Source of the DNA: Balanoglossus misakiensis
Taxonomy: Eukaryota > Animalia > Hemichordata
Direction: 5' to 3'
DNA: 64,000 bases
NCBI GenBank assembly: GCA_040954595.2
Contig: CM082592.2
Coordinates: forward strand, 8,853,677-8,917,676
The position numbers and the translations under genes were made by a program. Below the pieces are notes generated by a model. That model searched no databases. It saw nothing but the letters and a program-made list of their open reading frames with translations, and had not been told where the DNA came from. Shown one piece after another: positions 1 to 12,485 of the stretch; the first letter of the stretch is position 1, and each line of letters opens with the position of its first letter.

Positions 1-1487
1 TCTGAAACATTGACCCAGGCCCCGTACAGCAAATCGGACGGTTAATAAAATTTGTCAACGGAACAGGTGTTATCTAAGAAATGTGACGTATTCCAACAAA
101 CTGGTTCAACAATTTGCGTGACGATAGCGACGATAGATAGTTGATGGGAGTTTTGTCAAAAGCGCCACAATGTGTTGTTTTTTCTGGTGGACAGAGATCG
201 GAACAAAACATGGCGCATGGGGAAATTGCGAGCACATAACGTATGACAACAATCTGTCACCCTCTATTACGGAAGGAGAGAGAAACCACCGCCGTATAAA
301 TGAAACCATACAACAGGCCATGGCATGAGTTGTTGAATGACTATGGACTGCGTAACGTTGTACAATACCTCTCCTGCAAAGCAATGGGGTTGTGGCGCCG
401 AACGAATTGGTGAATAACAATCGCCTTTTCAGGAAAGGGCGACCGCGATTATTTTCAGATCTGTTGTCCACTTTGTGTATTGCGATGTTCTTCAGAGATA
501 TTTTTAGAAAACTGGGACGGTAGTATGAAGAATAAAGACGAAAATCAACAGAAACCCTTACCCGTTGAAGCGGCGTAATCCCCGTGCGAATGTCTGTGCG
601 TCTGAACCTGTGACGTTTCGGTCAGAGGTCAAATTGCCGTATATGGATTTTTAGTAATCACTTTCCCATCGAAAGGAGCGCCTCCAATGGTAGCTTTGGA
701 ACATACTCTTGTTATTCACCGACTCAAAATCATCTTCGCCCTGTGGTCGAGCCAACGACTCGTGCGAGCAGACGACACCTCAAAATTAACACGAATAACA
801 GTGAGAAAAATTCAAACGGTTTGATTGAACAAGAATCTCTCCATTCGTTCTCAGTTGGATTTGAAGTCTCGGCAAAATAAGGAATGAACCACCAGCATAA
901 GTTTATGACCCCCACAATGATAACTTCAATATACATTGAATCAGGGGGAGGGGATCGGCCAGAAATTGGTGATTTGGACTTGTGGAGTAACAGTGCTTGA
1001 ACAACTAGCAATTTTTCCCTGCGTGGATAAAGGTGCCCAGGAGCAAAGTCTCAAGTCAGTGCTACTTGGACGTAACGCCATTTAAACCGCACTAAAATAT
1101 AGCGCAGTACAGTTCACGAAAAAGCCTTAGCCCATATTTAAGGTGACAGTCAACTGTAACTGTAACAAGCGACGAAAAAAATGAAATACATGTACGAGTA
1201 ATCATGGTCAATAAGATCAAAAGTGAGAGAACTTGTCCATTTATGAAATTAACCAGTACTAAACCCGAACATTTTAGTTGTGTTCAGAAATGACAGAGAG
1301 CAATGTTCCAACTTTTTTCTCTCAATTTTATAGAATTCCCATACAATTTTTTTACAAAGACATGCCAGTGACGTTTACACATGGAAACTTCGAAAAAAAA
1401 ATAACTTTTGATGCGCGGTGCTCCAGTGAAAGTTGTCCCCTTTCTTAAGAATGGTATAAACCAAATGGAAGATATGTGTCATCGATC

Positions 1488-1497
1488 GTCACGTGAC
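1488..1497. promoter_or_regulatory. Palindromic E-box GTCACGTGAC (CLEAR / USF / MiT-TFE type) in the FLOT2 promoter, with a YY1-like GCCATTTT at about 1511
   Basis: Exact 10-bp palindrome about 130 bp upstream of the exon-1a ATG, within a CpG-rich region. Function inferred from the motif only. Confidence 0.55.
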
Positions 1498-1625
1498 CCT
1501 GTTGCTGTCGGCCATTTTTGTTGTCCTGCATACTGACGACCTTCTACTCGGGAATCCTACCATTTCCAGGTTTTTTTCAAGCATATTTTACAGGCTACCT
1601 GGACTTTTAGCGAGCAATTTTCAAT

Positions 1626-4600
1626 ATGGGAAACTGCCACACGGTTGGACCCAATGAAGCGCTTGTCGTATCCGGTAAGTGCCCCCCGTGACCTCGAATT
1701 TAGTTGAAAATTGAGCAGTATTGGTTAATAGATGACAACCCTCTTATCGATCAGATTAACCAAACGTAGTAATTGCAAACATCGCAGGCATCGTATTCAC
1801 AGTGACTTTGTATTGCATTAACTAAACCTACGCACTTCTAAGCTCCGATCTGGTACAAACGCCGTTTTCATGCGTATTTATCTCAACGAATTGCAGTCGA
1901 GTCGCCATCCATTACACACAAGCCAAGGCCCTAAACACCCTTCCCACGTAATGGCCGATCCCATACATTTTGGGCGTCCAGGGCCAGCGTCTCGGAGAGA
2001 TGCCGTGAATTTACGCGTGCAAAATAAACAAACGAAAAAATCTACATTGCATAATATTACCCCACCATAATCATCGCATACTATTATACTATTACCTGTG
2101 TCAAAATATACACATTTGCTTATATGGATCGTTCATTTTATGATCAGCATCATGTTAGAAAGATCAGCATCAGTTAGAAAGTACTGTTTTGGTTGGTGAT
2201 CATAATGATATATGACCTCAATGTAGGAGTTTTCTTGAGGGATTCATTTAGAATGTTTTACCATGTTGCAGAATGGGTGAGTTAGCGCATAAGTCTTGCA
2301 ATTTAACAATTATACACCATTGTCACACACGAGTAAACAAGTATGTTGCATAGTATTTACAGTAAGTGTATGGCTTCACATTTTTATCACTTCAGTGTTG
2401 TAATAGTTTTAGTTTATTGGTAACAAGCATCATTATTTACATTTTTTAGGTTTATGAATTATTTGGGGTACTACGTAGTACCAAAGTCGAATGATGTTGA
2501 TTGTTTTTGCACTTCCATTCTGTGACTTTAGCCCCCAGCAACTGGGTGGATAAACATTATACTGGGTGACACACACCTTGTTCTGGACAGCAGCAACTCA
2601 GGGTCACATGACCCAGCCTGGCATGCGTGTGTGAGTAGAGATTTAGGTCATGCTGCCATTGTGACTGGCTGTGACGTTGCTGATTGCACAATCATGGCTG
2701 TTTGAGAGTTATTTAAAACTTTTCACAACTGAATGCCACTTTAAGCATTATTAGTGTACTATAATTAAATTCATTCACTTACCTTGGATTTTTAAAAAGA
2801 GTAAATTAAGATCTTTCACTTTATGGGGATAATGCACTTCATAAGCCAATGAAGATGCCGCGATTTTCTATATTTCTTTGGGAATATTTCCAACATCCAA
2901 ACTAGAAGAAATTCAAATAAGTATTGTATAAATGAAAAAAAGGGGATAAAATCTCCAAACAGATGTTTGGTGGAGTTTCTCTCAAACACGCCACTGGTGC
3001 AAAAAATTCTCCACGATTTAGTACACAAATATAAGAAAAGTACAAGTGAACCACAACAATTAAGAGGCGACAAATAAATTCCTTGTTTTTAAATGTCATA
3101 TTTGGTAGAATACTTGCAAGTTGGATTGTTTGATAGAAAACTTCTTTTTCAACAAAGAAAAGATTCTTTTGCTGTTGCATTGTGTTCCTTGAGTTACAGG
3201 TCATCATTTGTCCTCTCCCATATGATTGTTTCATGTTAAATATTAATACCTGTCGAGCATTGGAGGTTTATTATTAAAACCAGAAACGGGAGAATCTCGG
3301 TCAGAGGACACAGGTTTACGCTGTGCTACATTTCTGTAGAGATATATACTAGACTTGTTTGCTTCTCATTTGCTGGTTGTTTACCTGCTGGTGTGAAACA
3401 TGTGTAACTGTTGTGATGACTGCTGCTGTTTGAAGATCTCGGGACCCAATGAGGCCCTTGTTGTTGCAGGTATAGTTCTTTTCTAGGACCCAGCCCCCCA
3501 CCTTGTTGTGTATATTGTACATGTGAATTTAACCTTGTCGTAGATCAGTGCTGCATGTTAATTTAACCTGTGTCCAATCCTTCGTACTCTGTTGGTACGG
3601 GTTTCCAAAAACAGACTATAATAACGTCCATTACATTTTATTGTGACATTGATGATCAATATAAGTCTTATAATCGTATTATTTTGTTAGTGATGTTTAA
3701 TACAGTAGTAGTAGAATTCTAATTGATTTCATCATCGTTGATGTCTCACACCACAATCTTTTTATTGGTCTACTGAGAATCAGTCTTTGTTGGCAGGCGC
3801 GGTACATTTGGAAGAAACAAGACTAATTATATGAAATCAATAACATTCTTCAGAAAATAGCCTGATATTCATTGACAGTTCAGATATAAATGATAATTGC
3901 TGATGAATTCCATTTCTTTATTGTGTGTGTTTCTAAAGAATTTTCAATATACTGCTAATGGTTTAGACTTTGTAGAGAAGCATATGCACATGTATTATCA
4001 TGGCAGCTATGTATATGTGTCTCTGTTTTTGTAAAACATCTGTATGAAAAACATTTGCATGATTACGTAATCATTCATGGTTACATCTCCTGCCTGTAAT
4101 TGGAGAAAAAAATCCATATATTATTGTAGGCTTTGTTGACAAATATCATACAATGAATAAATTTTGTAGTTTATCCTATAAAGTGTTGCCATAGTATAAA
4201 AATAATATAGTGAAAGAAGTAAAGCACATTGCTCGTGTGTTAGCATTGTTGATGGCTGTTACTGTAGGCTTAGGATATATGTTCTTATCACCATAGTTAC
4301 ATAATATTGACAGTGATTCGTTTTTCATCCAGTTATACTACTGTGATTGTAATACTATAGTGTGTTTATGGTTGCACTGCAGAACAGACAGACACAATCT
4401 GGTTTGTTTCTTTAGCCAAGCACACTTGTTTCTGGAACACTGCTAATTTGTTTGGTATGTTTTCACTGTCTGCCAGCCTGCATGCTGCAGTGTTATGCCA
4501 CATGCTATACTTTGAAACATCATAAAAAACTTGAAACGTGGAATCTGATGATCTGTGAGACATATATAAAAGATGGCAGACTGCTAGGCTTGTAGCTTAT

Positions 4601-7600
4601 GATGGCAGTTTTGCAGCGACAGCTACTGTATCTCTGCCGGGCCCAGTCTGACACAGTGGAATATTCCACAGTCATGTGACTGTTGTCGTCAGCTAGTGGG
4701 CCGTTTTCACCGAGCTGAATTCATGGAGGAATATGCGAAACCTGTGGTCTAAACGTGATATTTTCCTCGACTTAAGACAAATTCACTTGATCTAAAAAAT
4801 GGGGAATATCCACCTCTCGGGTCCCGATGAGGCTCTTGTAATTTCCGGTAAGTTTTGCACCGAAAATGCTGGTGGAGCGATGAGAATTTATCTTCAGTGC
4901 TGATGTATGTAGGACATCGCACGGATTAGGTTTTCTCTGACAGTAATGATCCCACTGGAGCATGCTGAGTGGCCGATGACCTTATGCAGGGTTCCGTTTA
5001 ATAATCGCTGCACGATCCTGACTGAATCAAGGAATATCTACCAAAATCCCTCTCCCCAAAACAGTGATGTTTACATCAAAATATCTGAAATATATTTTAT
5101 CATTCGTTTTGCATACAATTTCTTTCCTTTATGGACGACAAGCAAGTGTTTCACTCGTGTATAAAAATTGATTGCTTATCAGACATGGTCATCAGTATTC
5201 AGGCATTCCTAAAAAAAAATCTAGGGTAAGAGGATCACAGCCCCATTACTTTCTATTAAAAAAGACGTAATATTTACACCAGTTTTAATAATTTGTATAT
5301 TATAAGGTTATTCACGCACAAATCACATTATATTTATATTTTATGAGTGATGGTGAAGACTGCATTAAATATACTGTAAGATCAAAGGTTTTTGTTATAA
5401 ATAAATTTGCAGAAAAAATATATACGTGTCAGAGGGAGGACTTGATGAGCAAGGTGGCCTTGACCTATGTGTTGTTGGTCATCTACTTTTACTATCAACA
5501 CTTTGGAATTCATCAGGGAAAAGTTAAAACTGTCCACTTATAACATTCTGCACTCAAGTACAGGAGTAGCATCAAAATGATCTCAACGAGGGCTGTAGCA
5601 GGTTTTTAAAATTCCGACTTTTATCTTGCATAGGTGGTTGTTGTGGTGCCACAACAAAGAAGACCGTCATAGGAGGATGGGCCTGGGCCTGGTGTCTGGT
5701 GACAGACGTGCAGCGACTCGGCCTGGAGGTGATGACCCTGAACCCCACGTGCGAGAGCGTGGAGACCTCGGAGGGCGTACCCCTGACGGTCACCGGTGTG
5801 GCGCAGGTCAAAGTCATGACGGAGCCTGAGTTGCTGGGCACGGCGTGTGAACAGTTCCTGGGCAAGTCGGATGAACACATACAGAGTGTCATCCTGCAGA
5901 CCATGGAAGGTCACCTCCGAGCTATTCTAGGTAAGAGGTACATTTATATTAATTAACCCTGCTAGCAGCAACATACCATTAAAATTGTATGTTGTGTGAA
6001 CCAGTGTGAGCTTTATGCAACATAGTACACGTAACTGATATTGGAAAAAAAAAATTACCATCATTTGATGCCCAGGTACCCTGACAGTTGAAGCTATCTA
6101 CCAAGACAGAGACCAGTTTGCCTCCCTGGTGCGCGAGGTGGCAGCCCCCGACGTTGGCCGCATGGGAATTGAAGTGCTCAGTTTCACCATCAAGGACGTC
6201 TTCGACAGGGTGGATTACCTGGACTCCCTGGGCAAGGCCCAGACCGCTGTTGTCAAGAGAGACGCGGACATTGGTGTGGCTGAAGCCAACGCAGAGGCTG
6301 GAATTAAGGTGAGAGAATTACCCAGAATCAGTTTATATGTTTGCTACCTGAACTTGAAGATCAAAATCGTCTGGAGTACTATTATACACTTTCTGCCATC
6401 TGTGCAAATGAACATTCATGAGTAAAATGTATTCTTTAACCCCCAACATTGTTCTTCCGATGTAGGAATCAGAATGTCAGAGACAGATGATGGACGAGAA
6501 GTTTGATGCAGACACAAAGATTGCTGACTCTCAAAGACTCTACGAATTACAGAAAGCTAACTTTGAGAAGGAAGTCAATGCTAAGGTATGTCACGGCACA
6601 TCACTGCATTCTTCAGATTTACACAAGAGGTCTTCCAGCACGGTTGTTGGTCCTTGTACAATATGTAATCTTCTCCTTGTGTATGCACTCACCCACAGAA
6701 AGCTATCGCTGAATTGGCCTATGAACTACAAGCTGCCAAAGTCAGGCAGAAAATCCGTAATGAAGAAATTGAAATTGAAGTTGTGGAGCGACGAAAGCTG
6801 ATCGACATTGAGGAGAGGGAAATTTCACGTAAGGAGAAGGAGCTGATCGCCACTGTGAGGAGACCGGCCGAGGCGGAGTCATTCAAAATGGAAACGCTGG
6901 CTGATGGTAAAAGGTAAGAAATCCTGCTAAGCCCTTTTGTACCTTATTTTGAGGAAGAATCTCCGTGTGGTGGCATAGGTCACCAAGGGTACAGAGTTCA
7001 AAAAGGTTAAAGGCACAGTAACGGGCAGTTTCCAGTTTCCGTAAACGTTTCTGCTGTCTGTCATGTAGAGAGTCTAGAGTCTTCACTGTATTGTAATGTC
7101 TTTTTTTCCAGAACGCAGACCATTTTGACAGCAGGAGCCGAGGCAGAGAGGATCAAGGGCATTGGTGGTGCCGAGGCGTTTTCCATTGAAGCCATCGGCA
7201 AAGCAGAGGCTGAGAGAATGAGAATGAAGGCCGCTGCATACAAGCAGTATGGAAGTGCTGCCATGATGAGTCTTGTGTTGGAAGCGTTGCCTAAGGTAAT
7301 GTTTTTGTCATCAGGCAGTGACACCAGTGTTTTCAATCCTGTGTGTGTGTGTATGTGTATGTGTGTGTGTGTATGTATGCATATACCGGTATGCACAGCT
7401 GTGTACACTTGCATTTCTATGCACATGCACGTGTGTTTTCTCTGCGAACGTACCCGCCTGTGACATGGGTACTCCAGACAGCAGAATCACAACTTATTAC
7501 TCTGTCATATTTGCAACTGCAGATCGCTGCTGAGGTGTCTGCTCCATTGGCCAAGACGGACGAGATCGTACTGCTTGGCGGTGACAACAGAACAACTGAA

Positions 7601-7960
7601 GAAGTCACCAAGCTAGTAGGACAGCTGCCACCTGCTGTACAGGCGTTAACTGGCGTAGATCTCTCTCAGGTAAGAAGGTAGTGTGTGGACCATGCCACAT
7701 GTTTTGACAGCAGTATTTTCATCATAGAAATATGCCTGCTTCAGTGTACATCTTTCGCACAGTAAAAAATTATTATTTGTAGTTACATGGAAAGGGCTGA
7801 ACTTCGTGCTGACACGATTTTCCCAAATCACAATAGATGTTTTTGTTTCTAAAATTCTTATAAACACACTCTAATTTGCCAGTCTTACTTATACAGAGCC
7901 TTGCAATTTTGTGTTTAAACCTAACAGGTTTTAAAGAAGATTCCTGGAGCCAAGGCTTGA
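1626..7960 (+). CDS. FLOT2: Flotillin-2 (SPFH + flotillin coiled-coil). Exons 1626-1674, 5634-5930, 6076-6308, 6466-6585, 6699-6913, 7112-7295, 7523-7669, 7928-7960
   Basis: Spliced translation MGNCHTVGPNEALVVSGGCCG...GGWAWAW...ETSEGVPLTVTGVAQVKVM...EGHLRAILGTLTVEAIYQDRDQFASLVREVAAPDVGRMGIEVLSFTIKD...ALTGVDLSQVLKKIPGAKA* closely matches flotillin-2. All introns are GT-AG and phase-consistent. Confidence 0.97.
2603..2612. promoter_or_regulatory. M-box/CLEAR-variant E-box GTCACATGAC, inside the near-palindrome GGGTCACATGACCC
   Basis: Motif seen directly in FLOT2 intron 1, about 790 bp upstream of alternative exon 1b. Confidence 0.35.
3400..3469 (+). CDS. FLOT2: FLOT2 alternative first coding exon 1b (MCNCCDDCCCLKISGPNEALVVA-G)
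   Basis: aaacATG start with an in-frame TGA at 3394 just upstream. Encodes GPNEALVV, as exon 1a does. Ends CAG|gtatag in phase 1, matching the exon-2 acceptor at 5634. Confidence 0.85.
4671..4680. promoter_or_regulatory. M-box/CLEAR-variant E-box GTCATGTGAC upstream of FLOT2 exon 1c
   Basis: Motif about 120 bp upstream of the ATG at 4799, nearly the same spacing as the E-box before exon 1a, in a local CpG-rich patch. Confidence 0.45.
4799..4847 (+). CDS. FLOT2: FLOT2 alternative first coding exon 1c (MGNIHLSGPDEALVIS-G)
   Basis: aaaaATGG start with an in-frame TAA at 4793. 49 nt long, like exon 1a. Ends TCCG|gtaagt, the same donor as exon 1a, in phase 1. Confidence 0.88.
7341..7380. repeat. 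Imperfect (GT)n/(GTAT)n microsatellite in FLOT2 intron 6
   Basis: gtgtgtgtgtgtatgtgtatgtgtgtgtgtgtatgtatgc. Confidence 0.85.
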
Positions 7961-10449
7961 TTTGAAACCAGATAGTATGGAATCCTGAAGAAGATCCAGT
8001 TTTTTTTCTCTATTGTATATTAACTCAAGCAGTCTTTCTTATACTGATTATCTATTTATTTACCGAGGCTTGTCAGCAGTGTCTAGTTTCTTGCTGGGAC
8101 ATTTATCACAGAAAAACCCATCCACCCTTAGAATGTGTGTACAATGCAGTATTCCCATTGTCTTTAATCTATGTTGGGGCAAACTATGTGGAAAATTGGG
8201 AGAGGGTCAGATATAGACGATATGGGTAAAGCAATGCAACCAGTAAGAATACACATCTAATAATGTTTCTGCTAAATTTTGTATAATCAGGTTTTTAATT
8301 CAATCAAGTCTGCCCTTCTTTTACTTTCAAAAACTTTTTTTAATTTAAAGTTTTGAAATAACTGTATTTATCAGCTGGTGGAGTAATGCAGTCTTCTGTT
8401 CGTGTCAAAAACGACCAAACTTGCCACACAAGATTGTGTGTTTTTTCAGAAACTGCTGAAAGATATGCTGACAAGCTACCGAATTTAGTTTTTTTTTTCA
8501 GGGTGTTAATTAGCGATGTATACCTCTCAATGAAAATAGGCACAGTGCCTGTACTCCCAAGGTAGATATTGTTAGTCTCATTTGATGACGGCCAGTTGTA
8601 AGATTTGTAAACTTTTAACACTCCATTTACTCTGTCAGACTTGTGACCACAGACCTCCGTGTTGTCAAGACTCCTGCCAAATAGAAGCCTTTCATCAAGG
8701 TTCTTCATATTTCATTTAGACTTTACACAGTCATTCACAGACCTAATGTTCTCGGCTATTATCATGTTGCTCTGTTATCCTGCAGTTAACAAATTTTGTG
8801 ATTGGTAACTAGAAATTTATGCCAGTTGTTTTGTAGCAATTTGCAGTTGTATATTGTACTCCACACACTGAGTGCTTTAACAGTTATGCGCGTCTTTTTT
8901 TTTTACACAAGAAAAATTTCTTTTGTGTTTTGATTTATTCCATATTGTAAATCCAGAATGCAAGTTGACTTTTTGGCTGATTAGTTTATTCAAAATGTAT
9001 TTCAGTATTTTAAAAATACGTGTAATCTTTGTGTATACTTTGGTGTGGAAAAGACGCTTACTGTGAAAAAACAATTGTGTATTTTTGTTAGGGCTTGGCA
9101 CTGAAATCTATCCATAGTAGAGATAAACCCAGTATTCAGCTGGCATGTAATTTTTGTTCATGTACTTAAAAAGCCGTGTGTCAACATAGTGTGTTGAATT
9201 TCCGAGAAGATAAAAACATGTTGGGTGACTGTTTAATTTTGTGCATTTGACATTCAGGTCTAGATAAATCATCACTACCCTCACCAAAACACTGACCTGT
9301 CACATGACACTGTTTCTATGGAGACCACCAACCATGTATGGTGTGGGAGATTCCCCCCACCCATACCCTTCAAAAAATGGAACAGTCACCCATGTACCAA
9401 AAATAACCTGGGAAGAAGAGCAGTGAAACAAAGGGACTGTTCCTTATAGTCATAATTCTTTTGTATTATAAAGTGAATTTGAAAAAAAAATATGGACAAG
9501 TAGGTATTGATTTTAAGATTTTCAAGACAATTTAGCTCTTTTATATACTCTAGTAGCTTTGTGGATCATTGGTTTGTATTATGAGATTTTAGTCACAAAC
9601 AAAATTGAAAAGTAAAGAACAAATAATAGTGTGGAAGTGTCCAACATCACTGATTGAAAATTTAAAAAAATCCCTTCTACTATGATAATGTTGTCTTTGT
9701 GGCATGTAGGTTGTACTCAAATACTTCAACCATCAAATAAACTTAGAAATTTGCAAAATAATTGCGTTTTGGAAGAGACCTTTAATAGAAATGCTTGTAG
9801 TGTAGTTTTGCAAAATCTCCAGAATTTCTATGTATACACTTTTTAACTGTTTATACTGTTTGTGAACGTTGTGACGGTATTTTCATAGACAATGTAGAAC
9901 TGTTGTACACAGTGGAAACAAAATCAAATGCATGTTGGCAGTTTTTAGCAGCAGCAATGCTACATTGCACTAGCACTAACAATTCCCGTATTTTTGTGGA
10001 GCAGACCTCTTTCAAAATGAAGGCTTACTCCATATAAATATGATGAGGAATACAATGTAAAATAATTTTATTGCATGCATCTTTGCAATTTGCACACAAA
10101 AATCTCAGGCTGACAGAGTTTCTTATGACACAAATTTAACATAGAGGCTTTTGTAACCATATCTTAGCACTAAAATCTTGTTGATTTTTAATTCATATTA
10201 TTGTATATCATAGGCAGTTATCCTGTTGGTATTTAGTGCAATAAACTTTCAGTATCAGTTATTGTTGTACATTGAGTTTTTCTTACACTTTTTCACATGC
10301 AAGTAGAGCAGTATCTCTCTGCACCTGTGTATGATATGAATGACCCTGTTTCCTCTTTAGAGGTCAAACATTCCCATATACATGTAAAACAATACTGATT
10401 TTGACTGGACCATAATGGTGAAAGGGTTAAGCTGTTATCACAGCTCTCT

Positions 10450-11275
10450 TTATACGGGTTGGAAGGTGTGTGCGTAGCTAGATTTCATGTCTGCAACAGG
10501 AGCTGTATGCCTGAACAGACCTGGTCATATAACCGATGTCGGTACGTTGGGGGCGCTTTTCAATTGTAGTAATGGCTTCCCCAAAGCACGATACGTCTGT
10601 ACATGCGTCACCTCGAGGTAACTGGCTACCCAGAAGTTTGTCACTGGTAGGCGCGGCATTATACTACCAGAGTCCCTACTCTCAGAGGGACTATGGTATT
10701 ACGTTTACGCACATGGTTAACGGTGCGATAACAGAATGGCCTGCTCTGAACACGGAATCGTCCGAATGTCTCTACCGATGAACTATTACTATTACTATAG
10801 TAGGATTGAATTTTTTCACTTACTTGCGTGGTTGGCGTAGACATGCACACCCGAAGCCGACTTTCATTTTCTATATCCGAGGGCAGCGCTGTATTCAGTC
10901 CCGACCGACAAGGCACACGTGGATATGAGCTGAACTTCGGCGTGGAGTCAGCCAAACAAAGAATAAAAATGAGTCTGTAATATTCAAGAACCCAGGTGTA
11001 CGCCTACACGTGGTATACAGGTCGTCGTACGCACGCGCACGAGTGTAATGGGCAGATTTTCGCCTTTTTCCTGGAATATGTTTGAAACAAGAGCCCGAAC
11101 TCCGCTCAGAACAACATCCTGTCAATAGACATACAAAGTAACATGAAATTTGGTCAAATATTTTCTGGCGATATTGACCATGTGTCAAAATCACTTCCTT
11201 ATGAATATGCAAATTGCAAGCCATACCCACCAGTCCGATCGGTTTCGATCTTGCCATGAACATGATGAATACTAG
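10450..11275. other. CpG-rich segment between the FLOT2 and TRIM37 3' ends (unclassified insertion or orphan promoter)
   Basis: Abrupt rise in CpG density relative to the CpG-poor, AT-rich flanks. Short (TACTAT)n tract near 10783-10800. GATCG-gttt-CGATC hairpin followed by CTAG near the right end. Boundaries approximate. Confidence 0.35.
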
Positions 11276-12306
11276 TATGCTATGATTATGCCAAACTGAC
11301 AATACAGTGGACAGACATCTTTTTTATTTTACATTTTTTATTTAAATAATGTTGAAGTTTCTATGCACAAATTTTTGCATGCCTCTGCTGTGTGCACAGG
11401 AAATGTATTTACATCATTGCACATACACACCAAAGAAAAAAAAAGTTGAAAAAATAATACTATTCCATGTGAAAGCTTTCTCTGAAATTCTGTTGTAAGA
11501 AACAACAATCAATTTACTTGAATTATACAAAGAAAAATGTCTTCAGTATGAAATAAAGATTTCAATTTTTTCTGGATTTAGACTGTGTTTTTACCTATCC
11601 ATCACTGGAAACAGTCCTTCCATTTTATTTTACAGTTTGCAATAATATTTTTACAAGATAATCTGTGTGCATTCAATGTACTTTCTACACCAGTACTGGT
11701 CAAAATTTGTAAAAAACTTTTCATGTGAGTTCTGACATGACAATATGTCAGTGAATCCGGTACATTTTAGAAGTGATAGACAAATATCGTGTGAATTTTT
11801 TACTTGAATGATCAAATCACTCAGATAGTGGCAGTGGATTGTACACTACGATAAAACCCCTTCTGTATCCATGGAAAGTGTGTGTGTATGTGGGGGAGAG
11901 GGAGGGGGAGGGGGTGTTGGTTACATGCTCATGCTATAAGCGTTTGCTACTTGGGCTGACATTACTGAACCATACCTGCGGAGATGTACATGTAGTTGTG
12001 TTCAGCTTCAAATCAGAGACTTGTAGGAGCATCTAACAGCATTTCCAACAATTTCCCAGAATAATTATACACCGAAACTTTGGTGTACTATCCATTGCCA
12101 CCACTGTAATGCATCTTTCAAACACTCGAGTTGTAATAAATAATTTTGCAAAAAAAATCAAGCATTTCACTTTAATAATGAACAAAATTATAAAAAGAAA
12201 AAATAACCAACAAATTTTCTGATAAATTTTGGTGAGAGGTTAGATTGGAACGGAACATAATACACAAAATTAACATTCACAAACAAATACAATTTTTAAC
12301 AGATTA

Positions 12307-12420
12307 TATGTGTGTATGTGTGTATGTATGCGTGCATGTGTGTATGTATGTATGTACATTGTATGTATGTATGTGTACAGATGTATAGATTTATGTATGT
12401 ATGGATGGATGTGCATATGC
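12307..12420. repeat. Compound (TATG)n/(TG)n microsatellite in the TRIM37 3' UTR
   Basis: tatgtgtgtatgtgtgtatgtatg...tatgtatgtatg seen directly. Confidence 0.8.
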
Positions 12421-12485
12421 CTGTACACTCAACACATGTGATTATTACAGTTTGGATGTTCGACTTTCAATTCTGTGTTTGAGCA

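Noticed and set aside
106-1011. 121-aa and 93-aa minus-strand ORFs at the left edge
   Set aside because: No recognisable domain or splice structure. Consistent with chance ORFs in CpG-rich promoter DNA.
1138-1448. TTAA-flanked Kolobok-like MITE ends (TTAAGGTGACAGTC ... GTCCCCTTTCTTAA)
   Set aside because: The inverted match is too short and degenerate to support.
9336-9366. Hairpin GTATGG-T-GTGGG...CCCAC-CCATAC in the FLOT2 3' region
   Set aside because: Only about 11 bp with a bulge, within chance for 64 kb. No SECIS, IRE or pre-miRNA features.
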